Source of the DNA: Candidatus Poribacteria bacterium
Lineage (GTDB): Bacteria > Poribacteria > WGA-4E > WGA-3G
Length of the DNA stretch: 64,000 nucleotides
Direction: 5' to 3'
Assembly (NCBI GenBank): GCA_965205025.1
Contig: CBDBFU010000005.1
Coordinates: 1 to 64,000 of the forward strand
This document shows positions 29,725 to 39,757 of the stretch, one piece after another. The notes under the pieces were generated by a model. It searched no databases, had not been told where the DNA came from, and worked only from the letters and a program-made list of their open reading frames with translations. Each line of letters opens with the position of its first letter. Position 1 is the stretch's first letter. The position numbers and the translations under genes are program-made.

Positions 29725-32058
29725 ATGAATTTCAAAAACATTGTTAATATTTGCTATGGCTTACTCTTATGTTTTGTGGCTTTTACGTCAACAATTAGTG
29801 AGGGCGAAGAAATGAATCCTTTAACACTTGATGATTTGCTCAAATTTAACGAATTTATTTTTAGAGTTCCTATTGATATTACCTCCGATGGAAACTGGAT
29901 TGCTTATAACACGCAAAACCGTGAAATGTATGAAGGTGGCGGAGGAAACTCAGCGTATTCTAAAACAGGTGTGATGATTGAAATGGCGTACGGAATGATT
30001 TGGGTGACGAATACGCGAACAGGTGAACACCGCAACCTCACTCCAGATTGGGGCTCAAGCTGGGCACCGAGGTGGTCTCCGAAGGGAACACATCTCGCGT
30101 TTTACTCAGATCGGATGGGTAAACCTCATCTATATGTTTGGAACCGAGAATCTGACGATATGCAGGAGTTCGCATCGGAAACCGTTAAGACGTTCTTTGG
30201 CTTTGAGGTGCCTAAATGGACACCAGATGGAAGGTTTGTTCTTTTCAAATCCATTTCCCCAACGGATTCCGAATCTGTACCAGACGAACCGAAGCCTTTG
30301 CCTAAAACCTCACAAAAACCATCCTTTGTTGAAATTTGGGACTGGCCTAAAAAACGATTTGAAAAACAAGAAGATGAGCCAACACAGGAAAACGAACAGA
30401 CTACAACAAAGGAACGCGGAAGATCGAATAAAGACTTGGCTATTGCTGATATTCAGACTGGTAAAACACTGCCATTAATGAATGGATATGCGATTAGGAG
30501 TTTCGATATTGCACCTAACGGGGAATATGTTGCTGTTACGGTTTCCTTAGGATCTGAAACATCCGATGCGCAACAACAGATATTTGATCTCTACATCTTA
30601 CCTCTACCAATGGAGTTAAGTGAGGCTTCCTCCACGGAAATTGAACCTCTTGTACGGAAGATACGTCTGGCGTACGGAATTACTGTCAATTGGTCGCCGG
30701 ACTCAAAACACGTTGCATGGACAACCGGGGGCGAAGGAGGTAAATTAGCTTCAGGAAATGCTTATGTTGTTGAATTAGAGACAGGTATTGTCCGTAATCT
30801 CACAGAAGATCTTGACGTTGACCTTGGACGATTATATAAACCCCCACTCTGGACAGCAGAAAGCGAGGCACTTCTCTGCATAGCGAATGGGGAAATATGG
30901 AAAGTACCTCTGAACGGCGACGCGGTCCAAAACTTGACGAAAGATTTTGAGTTTTCAGCTCATGATGTATTCTATCCAAGCGAAGGGTATACACCCTTGA
31001 CGGTAGACAATACCATCACGATAAGCACTCATGATCACGGTTTCTATCGTTTGAGTCTTGCAGATGGTACAATTACGCTTCTGCACAAAGATGAACATCG
31101 GTACGTTCATGCAGGCCGCTTTCATCAAGATGTGGCAGAGGAAACCGGCGAAATTATTTACGTTGTGGAAAACAACCAAGAACCACAGAATATCTGGATG
31201 AGTGATGCTGCTTTTGAATCCCCGCGACAAATTACAGACACTAATCCGCACATACAATCAATTGACTTTGGCAGAAGCGAGCATATTGAATGGACACTTG
31301 AAGATGGAAAAACGGTTAAAGGAATCCTCGTGCTACCGCACGAGGCATCTGAGAAAAATCCTGCACCGATGATTGTAAGTGTCTATGCAGGAGAAGAGCC
31401 TTCAACACAGATCAATATCTTTGCTTTCGGTGAGAACATAGGGGGTGCCCATCCGGGTATGTTTGTTTCACGAGGCTATGCACTTTTCTTACCCGACTTC
31501 CCCGTCCCGAAGATTGAGCCATCCAAGCAATTTTCGAGTGTCCTTCTTCCAGGAATTGACGCAGCAATTACGACTAAAAAGGTAGATGCGGAACGGTTGG
31601 GCGTCATCGGTCACAGTTTTGGTGGATATACTGTAAATGTGCTTATCACACAAACAACGCGATTTAAAGCAGCCGTCGCTATTGCATCTGTAGGCAACTT
31701 AATCAGTGGATACCTTAATAGTGGACTTGGTATTGGTTGGCACGAGGCGGGACAAGCCGGAATGGGTGGCTCCTTATGGGAATTTCCACAACGTTATATT
31801 GATGGTTCGCCAGTCTTCCATCTGGATAAGGTTGAGACTCCTTTGCTTTTGATTCACGGAGACCAAGATTTCATACCCTTTGAACAGGCACAAGAAATGT
31901 TCATAGGACTTGCACATCTTGAGAAAGAGGTTGTGTTATTGAAATACAAGGAGGCAGACCATTGGCATGGCTTTTGGTCAAATGAAAAACTTGCAGATTA
32001 TTGGGAACGGGTCCTTAACTGGTTTGACGAATATCTAAAAACGGAGAAGGCTAATTAA
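29725..32058 (+). CDS. S9-family (prolyl oligopeptidase/acylaminoacyl peptidase-like) serine peptidase, exported
   Basis: PD40-like repeats (PRWSPKG, WSPDS), nucleophile GHSFGG, HGDQD, C-terminal His. Confidence 0.9.
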   Translation: MNFKNIVNICYGLLLCFVAFTSTISEGEEMNPLTLDDLLKFNEFIFRVPIDITSDGNWIAYNTQNREMYEGGGGNSAYSKTGVMIEMAYGMIWVTNTRTGEHRNLTPDWGSSWAPRWSPKGTHLAFYSDRMGKPHLYVWNRESDDMQEFASETVKTFFGFEVPKWTPDGRFVLFKSISPTDSESVPDEPKPLPKTSQKPSFVEIWDWPKKRFEKQEDEPTQENEQTTTKERGRSNKDLAIADIQTGKTLPLMNGYAIRSFDIAPNGEYVAVTVSLGSETSDAQQQIFDLYILPLPMELSEASSTEIEPLVRKIRLAYGITVNWSPDSKHVAWTTGGEGGKLASGNAYVVELETGIVRNLTEDLDVDLGRLYKPPLWTAESEALLCIANGEIWKVPLNGDAVQNLTKDFEFSAHDVFYPSEGYTPLTVDNTITISTHDHGFYRLSLADGTITLLHKDEHRYVHAGRFHQDVAEETGEIIYVVENNQEPQNIWMSDAAFESPRQITDTNPHIQSIDFGRSEHIEWTLEDGKTVKGILVLPHEASEKNPAPMIVSVYAGEEPSTQINIFAFGENIGGAHPGMFVSRGYALFLPDFPVPKIEPSKQFSSVLLPGIDAAITTKKVDAERLGVIGHSFGGYTVNVLITQTTRFKAAVAIASVGNLISGYLNSGLGIGWHEAGQAGMGGSLWEFPQRYIDGSPVFHLDKVETPLLLIHGDQDFIPFEQAQEMFIGLAHLEKEVVLLKYKEADHWHGFWSNEKLADYWERVLNWFDEYLKTEKAN

Positions 32059-34067
32059 TGAAACCACAAAAAATTTACGCGATAATTTTGTTCATAATAC
32101 TATCGCTTATTTTAGTCGTAAACGGACAGAACGTAGCGGCACAAAACATACAAACCGTAAAAAAAGAACTACCCGCAGTCAAAACCGAACAATCGCCAAC
32201 CATTGATGGTATCCTCAATGATGATTGTTGGCAAGACGCACCAAAAGCAATTGGTTTTACCGATCAACGCACCGAAAAACCAGCAAAGAATCAATCTATC
32301 GGCAGAGTCGTTTACACAGACGAAGCTATATACGTCGGACTTCACCTCTATGACGATAAACCCAAACAGATAGTGGCACGACAAGAAAAAGACCAGACAC
32401 GAATTAGGGGAGAGGATTGGGTTTCTTTCACTATTGACCCATTTCATACGCACCAGTTTTCTGACAGAAATTTCTTTATCGTCAATCCAATCGGAACAAA
32501 ATTCGCGCATCTCGCTACCGGACGTGCAGAAAAGAGCGAATGGATTGGACTTTGGAAAGCTGCAGCCAAGATTGTAGATGACGGTTGGGTCGTAGAAATG
32601 GAAATACCATGGCAAATATTGGATTATCCTGAGACTGAAAAACCAATTCGGATGGGTATAAATCTTGACAGGTTTCAACAAAGAACTGGAGAACGCTCAT
32701 GGTGGTGCAATTTAGGGGTACAAGAATTTCGTGAAAATGATGGACACTGGATTGATGTTTTACCACCACCCCGAAAACGAGACATAAAATTCTTGCCCTA
32801 TCTGATTGGTGGCATCACTGAAACGGAGACTTCTGTTGAAGCTACCTCCCGGTCGCGACGAGAATATACTGCCCGTGCAGGAGCAGACCTACGTTATGAA
32901 GTTACGCCACAACTCCGTCTCATAACCACGGCAAATCCAGATTTTGATAACATTGAACAAGATGTCGAAGGGATTGATTTCTCTTATAGTGAACGCTATG
33001 TAGGTGATCGACGTCCGTTCTTTTCCGAAGGTGGAAATGTCTACAATCTTGGCAACCTTTTCTATTCACGACGGATAATGGATATGGATGGAGGAATTAA
33101 ACTATATGGTAAAGTAGCAAAAAATACATCAATTGGCACATTAGGGACATATCATCGCAACTACCAGAACATAATTGTCCGGGCGAAACAATCTATTACT
33201 GCAACTTCTCATATTATCGCCGGTTTCTTATCGCACCATCAACCCGAAACAGATATGAACAATGTTGGACACCTATCTGGAAGTATTAGAAAAGGCAAGT
33301 TCTCTGCAGATTCAAGCTTCACCCAAAGTTGGCATGCAGATTCTGATGGAAGAACTGGCAATCTAAACATAAAATATAATGGTTCTCTTTTTCAATCAAC
33401 GTTATTCGGGTATTTTGTGGATCCAGATTTCGTAAATCACCTCGGTTATCGTCCATTCACTGGTATACGCGGAGGTGGTGTAGAAGGACTCATATCCAAC
33501 GAATGGCGTAAGGGAATAATACGAAGTATTTTCGTCGGTGCGAATGTAATTGCTGCAAATACTTATGAAGGTGAATTATTTCAACAAGACTATTCTATAT
33601 TCTCAAATTTATACACACACAGTGATTACGGTCTCTCAATCAATTGGTATGGAGGGCAATTCCAAGAATTCACTGATAGTATTTTATCCATCAGAATGAG
33701 TGCTCGTTCCTCAGACCAGTTCAACAATGTAAGAATTGGTTATAACTGGGGTGAACAGGCTGATAAAAGGTTACATCGGATCAGTGGAAATCTCAACCTA
33801 CGTTTTTATGGATTTACTGCAGGACTCACTTCCAGTATCCAATGGCACTTTGAAAGACGTTACCAACAGATTCTCACGCTTTCCTATGACTTCAGTCCAG
33901 CCATAAGTCTTGGAAGTCGATTAATCTGGCAAGTTGAAGGTACCAATATCTACTTCGCATTACGTCGATCAGGTTATGCAGGCACAAACTATTTCATTAT
34001 CCTTGGTGATCCAAATGCAGTAGAATTCAAACAACGTATCATAGCAAAAATTATACAAGCATTCTAA
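32058..34067 (+). CDS. CBM9-like / DUF5916 outer-membrane protein (close paralogue of 25519-27537)
   Basis: Long identical stretches with the paralogue, e.g. DPFHTHQFSDRNFFIVNP and KFAHLATGRAEKSEWIGLWK. Confidence 0.8.
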   Translation: MKPQKIYAIILFIILSLILVVNGQNVAAQNIQTVKKELPAVKTEQSPTIDGILNDDCWQDAPKAIGFTDQRTEKPAKNQSIGRVVYTDEAIYVGLHLYDDKPKQIVARQEKDQTRIRGEDWVSFTIDPFHTHQFSDRNFFIVNPIGTKFAHLATGRAEKSEWIGLWKAAAKIVDDGWVVEMEIPWQILDYPETEKPIRMGINLDRFQQRTGERSWWCNLGVQEFRENDGHWIDVLPPPRKRDIKFLPYLIGGITETETSVEATSRSRREYTARAGADLRYEVTPQLRLITTANPDFDNIEQDVEGIDFSYSERYVGDRRPFFSEGGNVYNLGNLFYSRRIMDMDGGIKLYGKVAKNTSIGTLGTYHRNYQNIIVRAKQSITATSHIIAGFLSHHQPETDMNNVGHLSGSIRKGKFSADSSFTQSWHADSDGRTGNLNIKYNGSLFQSTLFGYFVDPDFVNHLGYRPFTGIRGGGVEGLISNEWRKGIIRSIFVGANVIAANTYEGELFQQDYSIFSNLYTHSDYGLSINWYGGQFQEFTDSILSIRMSARSSDQFNNVRIGYNWGEQADKRLHRISGNLNLRFYGFTAGLTSSIQWHFERRYQQILTLSYDFSPAISLGSRLIWQVEGTNIYFALRRSGYAGTNYFIILGDPNAVEFKQRIIAKIIQAF

Positions 34068-34181
34068 TACCATTTCTAATTGAAAATGTCTCTTTTTTGT
34101 ACCACAAACTTTCAGTTTGTGTAGTATTTCAAGACATTAATATCACCTAATCCTGGGAGAATCATTTATAGAAATGGTATT
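34067..34181. mobile_element. ATACCATTTCT-family MITE carrying a CACAAAC/GTTTGTG hairpin
   Basis: TIRs; internal sequence closely similar to 58278-58406. Confidence 0.75.
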
Positions 34182-34609
34182 ATCTAATTTATCACATCTA
34201 ACTCAACACATAAAATGAAACCCTCATTGCTCCAGCGGAACGGTATGTAGTGATTCGACACATAGCACTCTGCTGGAGTGCAGTATTCCTGTAGGATTCC
34301 ACTGATATAGAAAACTCACAAATTCCTCATGGGTAAGAATTGTCCAAGCTATAGTATCTGTTAATACCGCATTGAGAAATCCACCACTCCATTCACGGAA
34401 ACCTTCACGGAGCAATTTTACGAACCCCTATTCTATAAGGGTTTAACATTAATAATATGTCAATTCTCCGTGAATCACATATGTTATATTTTATTTAACT
34501 ATATTGAATTGTAGATGGGATACACTCTTGAATCTCAATACAATTATTATGCATCATCCCTGAGCATTACTCTGAAAATATCACTGCTAATCCAAAACAA
34601 CTATAATCT

Positions 34610-34725
34610 AATACCAATTCTATTTAAATAGTTCACATTACGAATACTCTTAGAAGTCCCCCTGACAAGGGGGATTTAGGGGGTTTCTTCAATTAATAAT
34701 GGGTAATCATTATTAGAAATAGTAT
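34610..34725. mobile_element. ATACCA(A/T)TTCT-family MITE carrying TCCCCCTGA.AAGGGGGATTTAGGGGG
   Basis: Degenerate TIRs; closely similar to 53524-53674. Confidence 0.7.
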
Positions 34726-34850
34726 AAAAACAATAAACACGGATATCCGTGCGTGAGTCATGAATGGACTAATGCTGTTCAAAATGGCATGATATAATTG
34801 AACCATGAATTCATACATATAATATATTGAAATGTTCCGAAGGAAATCGT

Positions 34851-36281
34851 ATGATCAGAAATGGTAGATTACGTTTTGCTATCTGCAAATTAGCATTGTT
34901 ATTTATACTTGGATTTATTTACATGACAGTGCAGGAAGTCAATGCCAAAGAGGATGTAGATATGGAAAAAGACAGAATCCAGATTTATAAAGAAAACCCA
35001 CGTTACTGGCAATATAAAGGTCAACCAATACTCCTAATCGGTGGTTCAGTCGAAGATAATTTGTTTCAAATTCCAAACCTAAAAGAACATCTTGAACTCA
35101 TGAAGTCTGTCGGTGGGAACTATGTGCGATCAACGATGGGTTGGAATGATGAAGGAAATATACCCCCTTTCAGAAAAGTTAGTGATAAATATGACCTAAA
35201 TCAATGGGACGAAGAATTCTGGAACCGTTTTCAAAACTTCATTAAATGGACACACGAAATGGATATTATTGTCCAAATTGAAGTATGGGGGACCTTCACC
35301 TATTACCGAGAATCCTGGTTAGCAAATCCATTCAATCCAAAGAACAACACAAATTACACTGAAGAAGAATCAGGGTTACCGACTGTTGTTAATAGTCATC
35401 CTGTAGCTACAAAGAACAACTTTTTCTGGTCTGTACCAAAAGAACGTAACCAGAAGACAGTCCTAAAATATCAAGAGAAATTTGTGGATAAACTCCTCTC
35501 CGAAACACTCCCTTATGGACATATACTCTACTGTATGGACAACGAAACTGCGGTTACTGCTTCTTGGGGAGAATACTGGGCAACCTATATTCAAAAGAAG
35601 GCAGCAGACGCTGGACGAGATGTAGAAACAACTGAAATGTGGGATCCATGGGATCTGTCGGATGAAAAACACAAGGCAACATTCGACCATCCTGAAACCT
35701 ATTCATTCTGTGATATTTCCCAAAATAACCATCAGAAACGTCAGCGACATTGGGACAATGCACAGAAAATTCGAGCACAACTTGATCCTATCCGACCCAT
35801 CAATAATATAAAAATCTACGGTGCAAATGGTGGACGTTTTGGGAATACAAGAGACGGATTAGAGCGATTTTGGCGAAATATCTTCGGTGGTTTTGCGTCT
35901 GCACGTTTCCATCGTCCTGATAGTGGAGTTGGCTTAACCGAAATAGCACAAGCACATTTAAAAAGCATGCGAATGATTACAGACGAAATGGATGTTTTCA
36001 AGTGTGAACCCAACAATAAATTGCTGTCAAACCGAGAAGACAATGAAGCGTATGTAATTGCAAATCCCGGTCAAGAATATGCCATCTACTTTCCTAAAGG
36101 TGGATCAGTTGATCTGAATCTGAGTGTCGGCAAAAAACCAGATGCAAAAACAGTAAAAATCAGATGGCTAAATATAGGTAAAAGTGAATGGAAGCTTGAG
36201 AAAGAAATTCCATTCAAGCATAGCATCACATTATCCCAACCCACAGATTCACATTGGGCAGTATTGGTTCAAGCAAAATAA
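34851..36281 (+). CDS. Glycoside hydrolase-like protein (apiosidase/DUF6298-like) with C-terminal collagen-binding-like domain
   Basis: NPRYWQYKG.PILLIG, YCMDNE, YAIYFP.GG, HWAVLV; hydrophobic N-terminus. Family call is approximate. Confidence 0.6.
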   Translation: MIRNGRLRFAICKLALLFILGFIYMTVQEVNAKEDVDMEKDRIQIYKENPRYWQYKGQPILLIGGSVEDNLFQIPNLKEHLELMKSVGGNYVRSTMGWNDEGNIPPFRKVSDKYDLNQWDEEFWNRFQNFIKWTHEMDIIVQIEVWGTFTYYRESWLANPFNPKNNTNYTEEESGLPTVVNSHPVATKNNFFWSVPKERNQKTVLKYQEKFVDKLLSETLPYGHILYCMDNETAVTASWGEYWATYIQKKAADAGRDVETTEMWDPWDLSDEKHKATFDHPETYSFCDISQNNHQKRQRHWDNAQKIRAQLDPIRPINNIKIYGANGGRFGNTRDGLERFWRNIFGGFASARFHRPDSGVGLTEIAQAHLKSMRMITDEMDVFKCEPNNKLLSNREDNEAYVIANPGQEYAIYFPKGGSVDLNLSVGKKPDAKTVKIRWLNIGKSEWKLEKEIPFKHSITLSQPTDSHWAVLVQAK

Positions 36282-36321
36282 AGTTTTTTAGGTTTCAATT
36301 AGGAGTATAAATTAGTTAAAC

Positions 36322-36880
36322 CTATAGGCGTTAATCTAAGCATAATGCTCTTCTGTAGGAGGGGATTCCGAACCCCGATTCTTACATTTCTTCAGTGGGA
36401 GAGATTCCGATCTCCGATCTTTCAAGATCCTGTTCCCACCCATTGGTTGGCGGTGAATGCCTAATGAAGATTTATTTATTAATTCGGCAATTATTATTTC
36501 ACTATAACCCGGTAGGTGCGGTTTCCTAACCGCACGAATTCTCGGCAAAACTACCAATTTATTTTTTTAATCTTGATATGACATTCATACCCGGGGAATG
36601 CTAAATAGCATTCATACCCGGGGAATGCTAAATAGCATTCATACCGTTGATTCCTTGATTCCTTGATTCCTTGATTCCTTGATTCGCAGGACGAATGTCT
36701 GTAGAAACACCATACCTCCCCAAAGAACAAGCCCCAGAGGGGCGAAATGTCTGTAGAAACACCATACCTCCAAAAAGAACAAGCCCCAGAGGGGCGAAAT
36801 GTTTGTAGAAAACGGATAAAGCCCCGGGGAATGTCTTAATGACATTCATACCGTTGATTCGAGGGGCGAAATGTCTATTG
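36322..36880. repeat. Mosaic of REP-like hairpins, a 27-bp tandem, TTGATTCC x~5 and a 52-bp tandem repeat
   Basis: Seen directly: 27-bp repeat 36592-36645, octamer 36647-36685, and a 52-bp period from 36694 containing GCCCCAGAGGGGC. Confidence 0.85.
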
Positions 36881-36915
36881 CTTAAAACTGATCAAACTAT
36901 TGTAAATTAATCATC

Positions 36916-37212
36916 GAAATAAGTCGTTTTGAACTTGAGATATTTTCAATATAGACTATACAATCCTCTTGGGTTGGGAACATCTCCATAATCTGAATCA
37001 AATCCATCAGATACTCCGTAATAAGTTGATTTTTCTGACGGATTCTTATACAATATAGATAAGCGAGAACATCACAAAACAACTCGTTTTTTGTGTTCAA
37101 TTAGGGGGTTACAGCCCCCTATTTTCTTATCTCTTATACCATATAAACCCAATCAATACAAGGGATTATCACACTTTTCAAACATTTTACCAAGTCTAAA
37201 ACGACTAATTCC
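36916..37212 (-). mobile_element. Internally deleted IS1595-family-like element
   Basis: Imperfect TIRs GAAATAAGTCGTTTTGAACTTG / CAAGTCTAAAACGACTAATTC. The minus strand from 37007 encodes MDLIQIMEMFPTQEDCIVYIE, resembling the N-terminus of IS1595 transposases, then runs into the TIR. Confidence 0.6.
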
Positions 37213-37331
37213 GTTTGATAAAACTTAGAACAACCCCAGCAGGAATGAAAAATCACATCCATCTTTCTGTTATTATATGTAAATCATAAGATTATTATAC
37301 AACTGACGATAGTATACACATGAAGGAAACT

Positions 37332-37793
37332 ATGGAAGAAAAAACACAGCCAAAAGTTTTCATCGTGCATGGGCATGATGAGGCAGCTAAAGTCTTTGTC
37401 GCCAGGTTCATAGAAAAACTTGATTTTGAGGCAATCATACTTGACGAACAAGCTGGCGGCTTGCAAGCAGTTATTGATAAGTTTGAAGAACAGGTAGAGG
37501 ACATCGTTTTTGCTGTCGTTTTGTTAACTCCTGATGATATTGGCACTTCAATAGCAGAAAAAGACAATCTTAAACCAAGAGCTCGTCAAAATGTCATCCT
37601 TGAACTTGGTTATTTTATCGCTAAATTAGATCGGAATCAAATTTGTCTTCTCTATAAAGAAAGTGTTGAATTTCCATCTGATGTTCGCGGTATATCTTAT
37701 GTGCTTATGGATAATTACGATGGATGGCAATTGAAATTGGCAAGGGAAATGAAGAATGCGAAATTACCTATTGATGCAAATAAACTTTTGTAG
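37332..37793 (+). CDS. Stand-alone TIR-like domain protein (Cap12/PycTIR-type, PF10137-like)
   Basis: KVFIVHGHD, FAVVLLTPDD, RARQNVILELGYF, PSD. Confidence 0.9.
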   Translation: MEEKTQPKVFIVHGHDEAAKVFVARFIEKLDFEAIILDEQAGGLQAVIDKFEEQVEDIVFAVVLLTPDDIGTSIAEKDNLKPRARQNVILELGYFIAKLDRNQICLLYKESVEFPSDVRGISYVLMDNYDGWQLKLAREMKNAKLPIDANKLL

Positions 37794-37957
37794 AAGATAG
37801 GTCCATTCAAAATACTGGGTAAATTGGGTTTGATACTTTCAATAAATTAGTGCTATAATTTAAAAATAAAGTTATGTTTTACGAGTTGTGCTAAATAACT
37901 TTTAGCAACCAATAATTTCACATATATAATAGTTGATATGAATATCCTACATTAGTT

Positions 37958-38104
37958 AAGACTTTCTTTAGTCCCGTAGGGACGGAATGTCTATAGAAAA
38001 CCAATGAAAAACCTAAGTTGAGTCCCGTAGGGACGGAATGTCTATAATAAAAACCAAAATCCGTAAAAACAACAAATACATTTAGTTAACTGGCACAAGT
38101 CGTT
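37958..38104. repeat. Element with two AGTCCCGTAGGGACGGAATGTCTATA units
   Basis: Same organisation and right end (AAATCCGT.AAAACAA...CTGGCA.AAGTC) as 49082-49268. Confidence 0.75.
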
Positions 38105-38171
38105 ATGTTTGATTGATTATAAAAGGGTGTTTTCGTGCTTCAGCACGTCAGCGTGAAATGGAGGAAAGATT

Positions 38172-38636
38172 ATGAATACAGAAACTCGGAGTAAAGTTTT
38201 CATCTCCCATGGGCACGACGAGGAAGCTATTACAACTGTTGCTAAGTTTGTAGAAAACTTGGGTTTAACGGCAACTGTTCTCAACGAACAACCAAAACAC
38301 GGTCTGACGGTTATTGAGTGCCTCGATAAATATGCAGACGACACAGAGTTTGCAATTGCATTGTTGACTCCTGACGATGTTGGTGCCTTAAAAGATGAGG
38401 TAGACCGCCAGCTCAATCCCAGAGCACGCCAGAACGTCATTTTTGAACTTGGCTATTTCATTGGTAAACTGAATCCTAACCGAGTGTGCCTTCTTTATAA
38501 GGAAGGTGTTGAATTACCATCATACATTCCTAACGTAGTCTATGTGCCTATGGATAGTGCAGAGGATTGGAAATTGAAACTTGGTCAAGAGATGCGGAAT
38601 GCAGGATTGCCCATTGATATGAACCGAATCCTATGA
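38172..38636 (+). CDS. Stand-alone TIR-like domain protein (paralogue of 37332-37793)
   Basis: KVFISHGHD, FAIALLTPDD, RARQNVIFELGYF; GGAGG RBS. Confidence 0.9.
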   Translation: MNTETRSKVFISHGHDEEAITTVAKFVENLGLTATVLNEQPKHGLTVIECLDKYADDTEFAIALLTPDDVGALKDEVDRQLNPRARQNVIFELGYFIGKLNPNRVCLLYKEGVELPSYIPNVVYVPMDSAEDWKLKLGQEMRNAGLPIDMNRIL

Positions 38637-38717
38637 ATTGATCCTTAAACCTGAGGTTAATTGGGAAAAGATAGTAGTGTTTTGTGAAATCACTAGTGTG
38701 AAAATGGAGAAAACGTT

Positions 38718-39701
38718 ATGAATGAGAAAAAGATTGCAGATCCGTTGAGAAATATATGGGATATTGCAGTCCAGTACAATGATATAAGAAGTTCATTTCA
38801 GAGTCAACAAAAACAATTAGAAAATGCATGCAGGCCTCCTGAAGCCGCAACGAATTTTTCTTATGTAGGAGAAGCAAGAGCGATAAAGGATTTGTTTGGA
38901 GGGGCAAGTGTGGCAAAGGATTTGTTAGGAGAAGCAAGAGCGATAAAGAAAACACATCTTGCGGTTGTATCAAATAAATTTGATGGTCTCTTCAAACCTT
39001 TACCAGAAATGTCAAATATATTTGAGGACCTCTTAAAACCTATCCCAGGCATGCCAAATAAGATTCATAATACATTAAAACATTCTGAAATCATTGAAAA
39101 AGATTCTCCTCTTGCAAGGTTATTGTCAACAAACACAATTCTCCCTGTTGTTTCCAGTCTCAATTTCCCTAATATCATTATCCCGCGCCCAACTGACAAC
39201 TCAATTGTCCCTCCAGTACATGAGGAACGTCATACGCCACCACCGGAAACAGATTCTACAATCATCACCGACGAAGTACCTATAAAAAAAAGAATTTTTA
39301 TTGGACATGGACATTCTGATTGCTGGATAGAACTTAGAGATTTTATTGAGAAGGACTTAGGGTTATCTCATGACGAATTTAATCGTGTTTCAACACCCGG
39401 CTTATCCACATTAGAACGCCTTCGACAAATGAAAACCGAAGCTGGTATGGCATTTTTAATCATGACTGCTCAAAATGAATATGCTGATGGCACGCTACAT
39501 GCCAGCAGTAATGTAATTCATGAGATAGGACTGTTTCAAGGTAAACTTGGTTTTAAAAAAGCAATCATTTTGCTTGAAGAGGGTTGTGAAGAATTTAGCA
39601 ACATTCACGGACTCGGTCAGATACGGTTCGCGAAAGGAAATATAAAGGCAGCATTTCAAGAGATCCGTGAAGTCTTGGAACGGGAAAGAATCATTTTATA
39701 G
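38718..39701 (+). CDS. TIR-like domain protein with ~185 aa N-terminal extension
   Basis: C-terminal IFIGHGH, AFLIMTA, NVIHEIGLFQG.LGF, EEFSNIHGL; N-terminal GEARAIK repeat and Pro-rich linker. Confidence 0.85.
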   Translation: MNEKKIADPLRNIWDIAVQYNDIRSSFQSQQKQLENACRPPEAATNFSYVGEARAIKDLFGGASVAKDLLGEARAIKKTHLAVVSNKFDGLFKPLPEMSNIFEDLLKPIPGMPNKIHNTLKHSEIIEKDSPLARLLSTNTILPVVSSLNFPNIIIPRPTDNSIVPPVHEERHTPPPETDSTIITDEVPIKKRIFIGHGHSDCWIELRDFIEKDLGLSHDEFNRVSTPGLSTLERLRQMKTEAGMAFLIMTAQNEYADGTLHASSNVIHEIGLFQGKLGFKKAIILLEEGCEEFSNIHGLGQIRFAKGNIKAAFQEIREVLERERIIL

Positions 39702-39757
39702 TCTATTTAGATCCAATAATACCATTGTCATAAATTTAATTTCTTGTAAGGAAACCC

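Noticed and set aside
36336-36849. Short minus-strand ORFs here and at 46264-46701, 48836-49045 and 34224-34415
   Set aside because: They are translations of REP/MITE sequence (VRFPNRT, RHFAPLG, IKESRNQG) with no protein-family signal.
36580-36880. Possible CRISPR mini-array
   Set aside because: The intervening sequences are themselves near-identical repeats rather than unique spacers, and no cas genes are present.
37332-39701. Canonical Thoeris, CBASS or Pycsar system
   Set aside because: No ThsA (SIR2/Macro), CD-NTase, PycC cyclase, STING or cNMP-binding domain is recognisable in the window.
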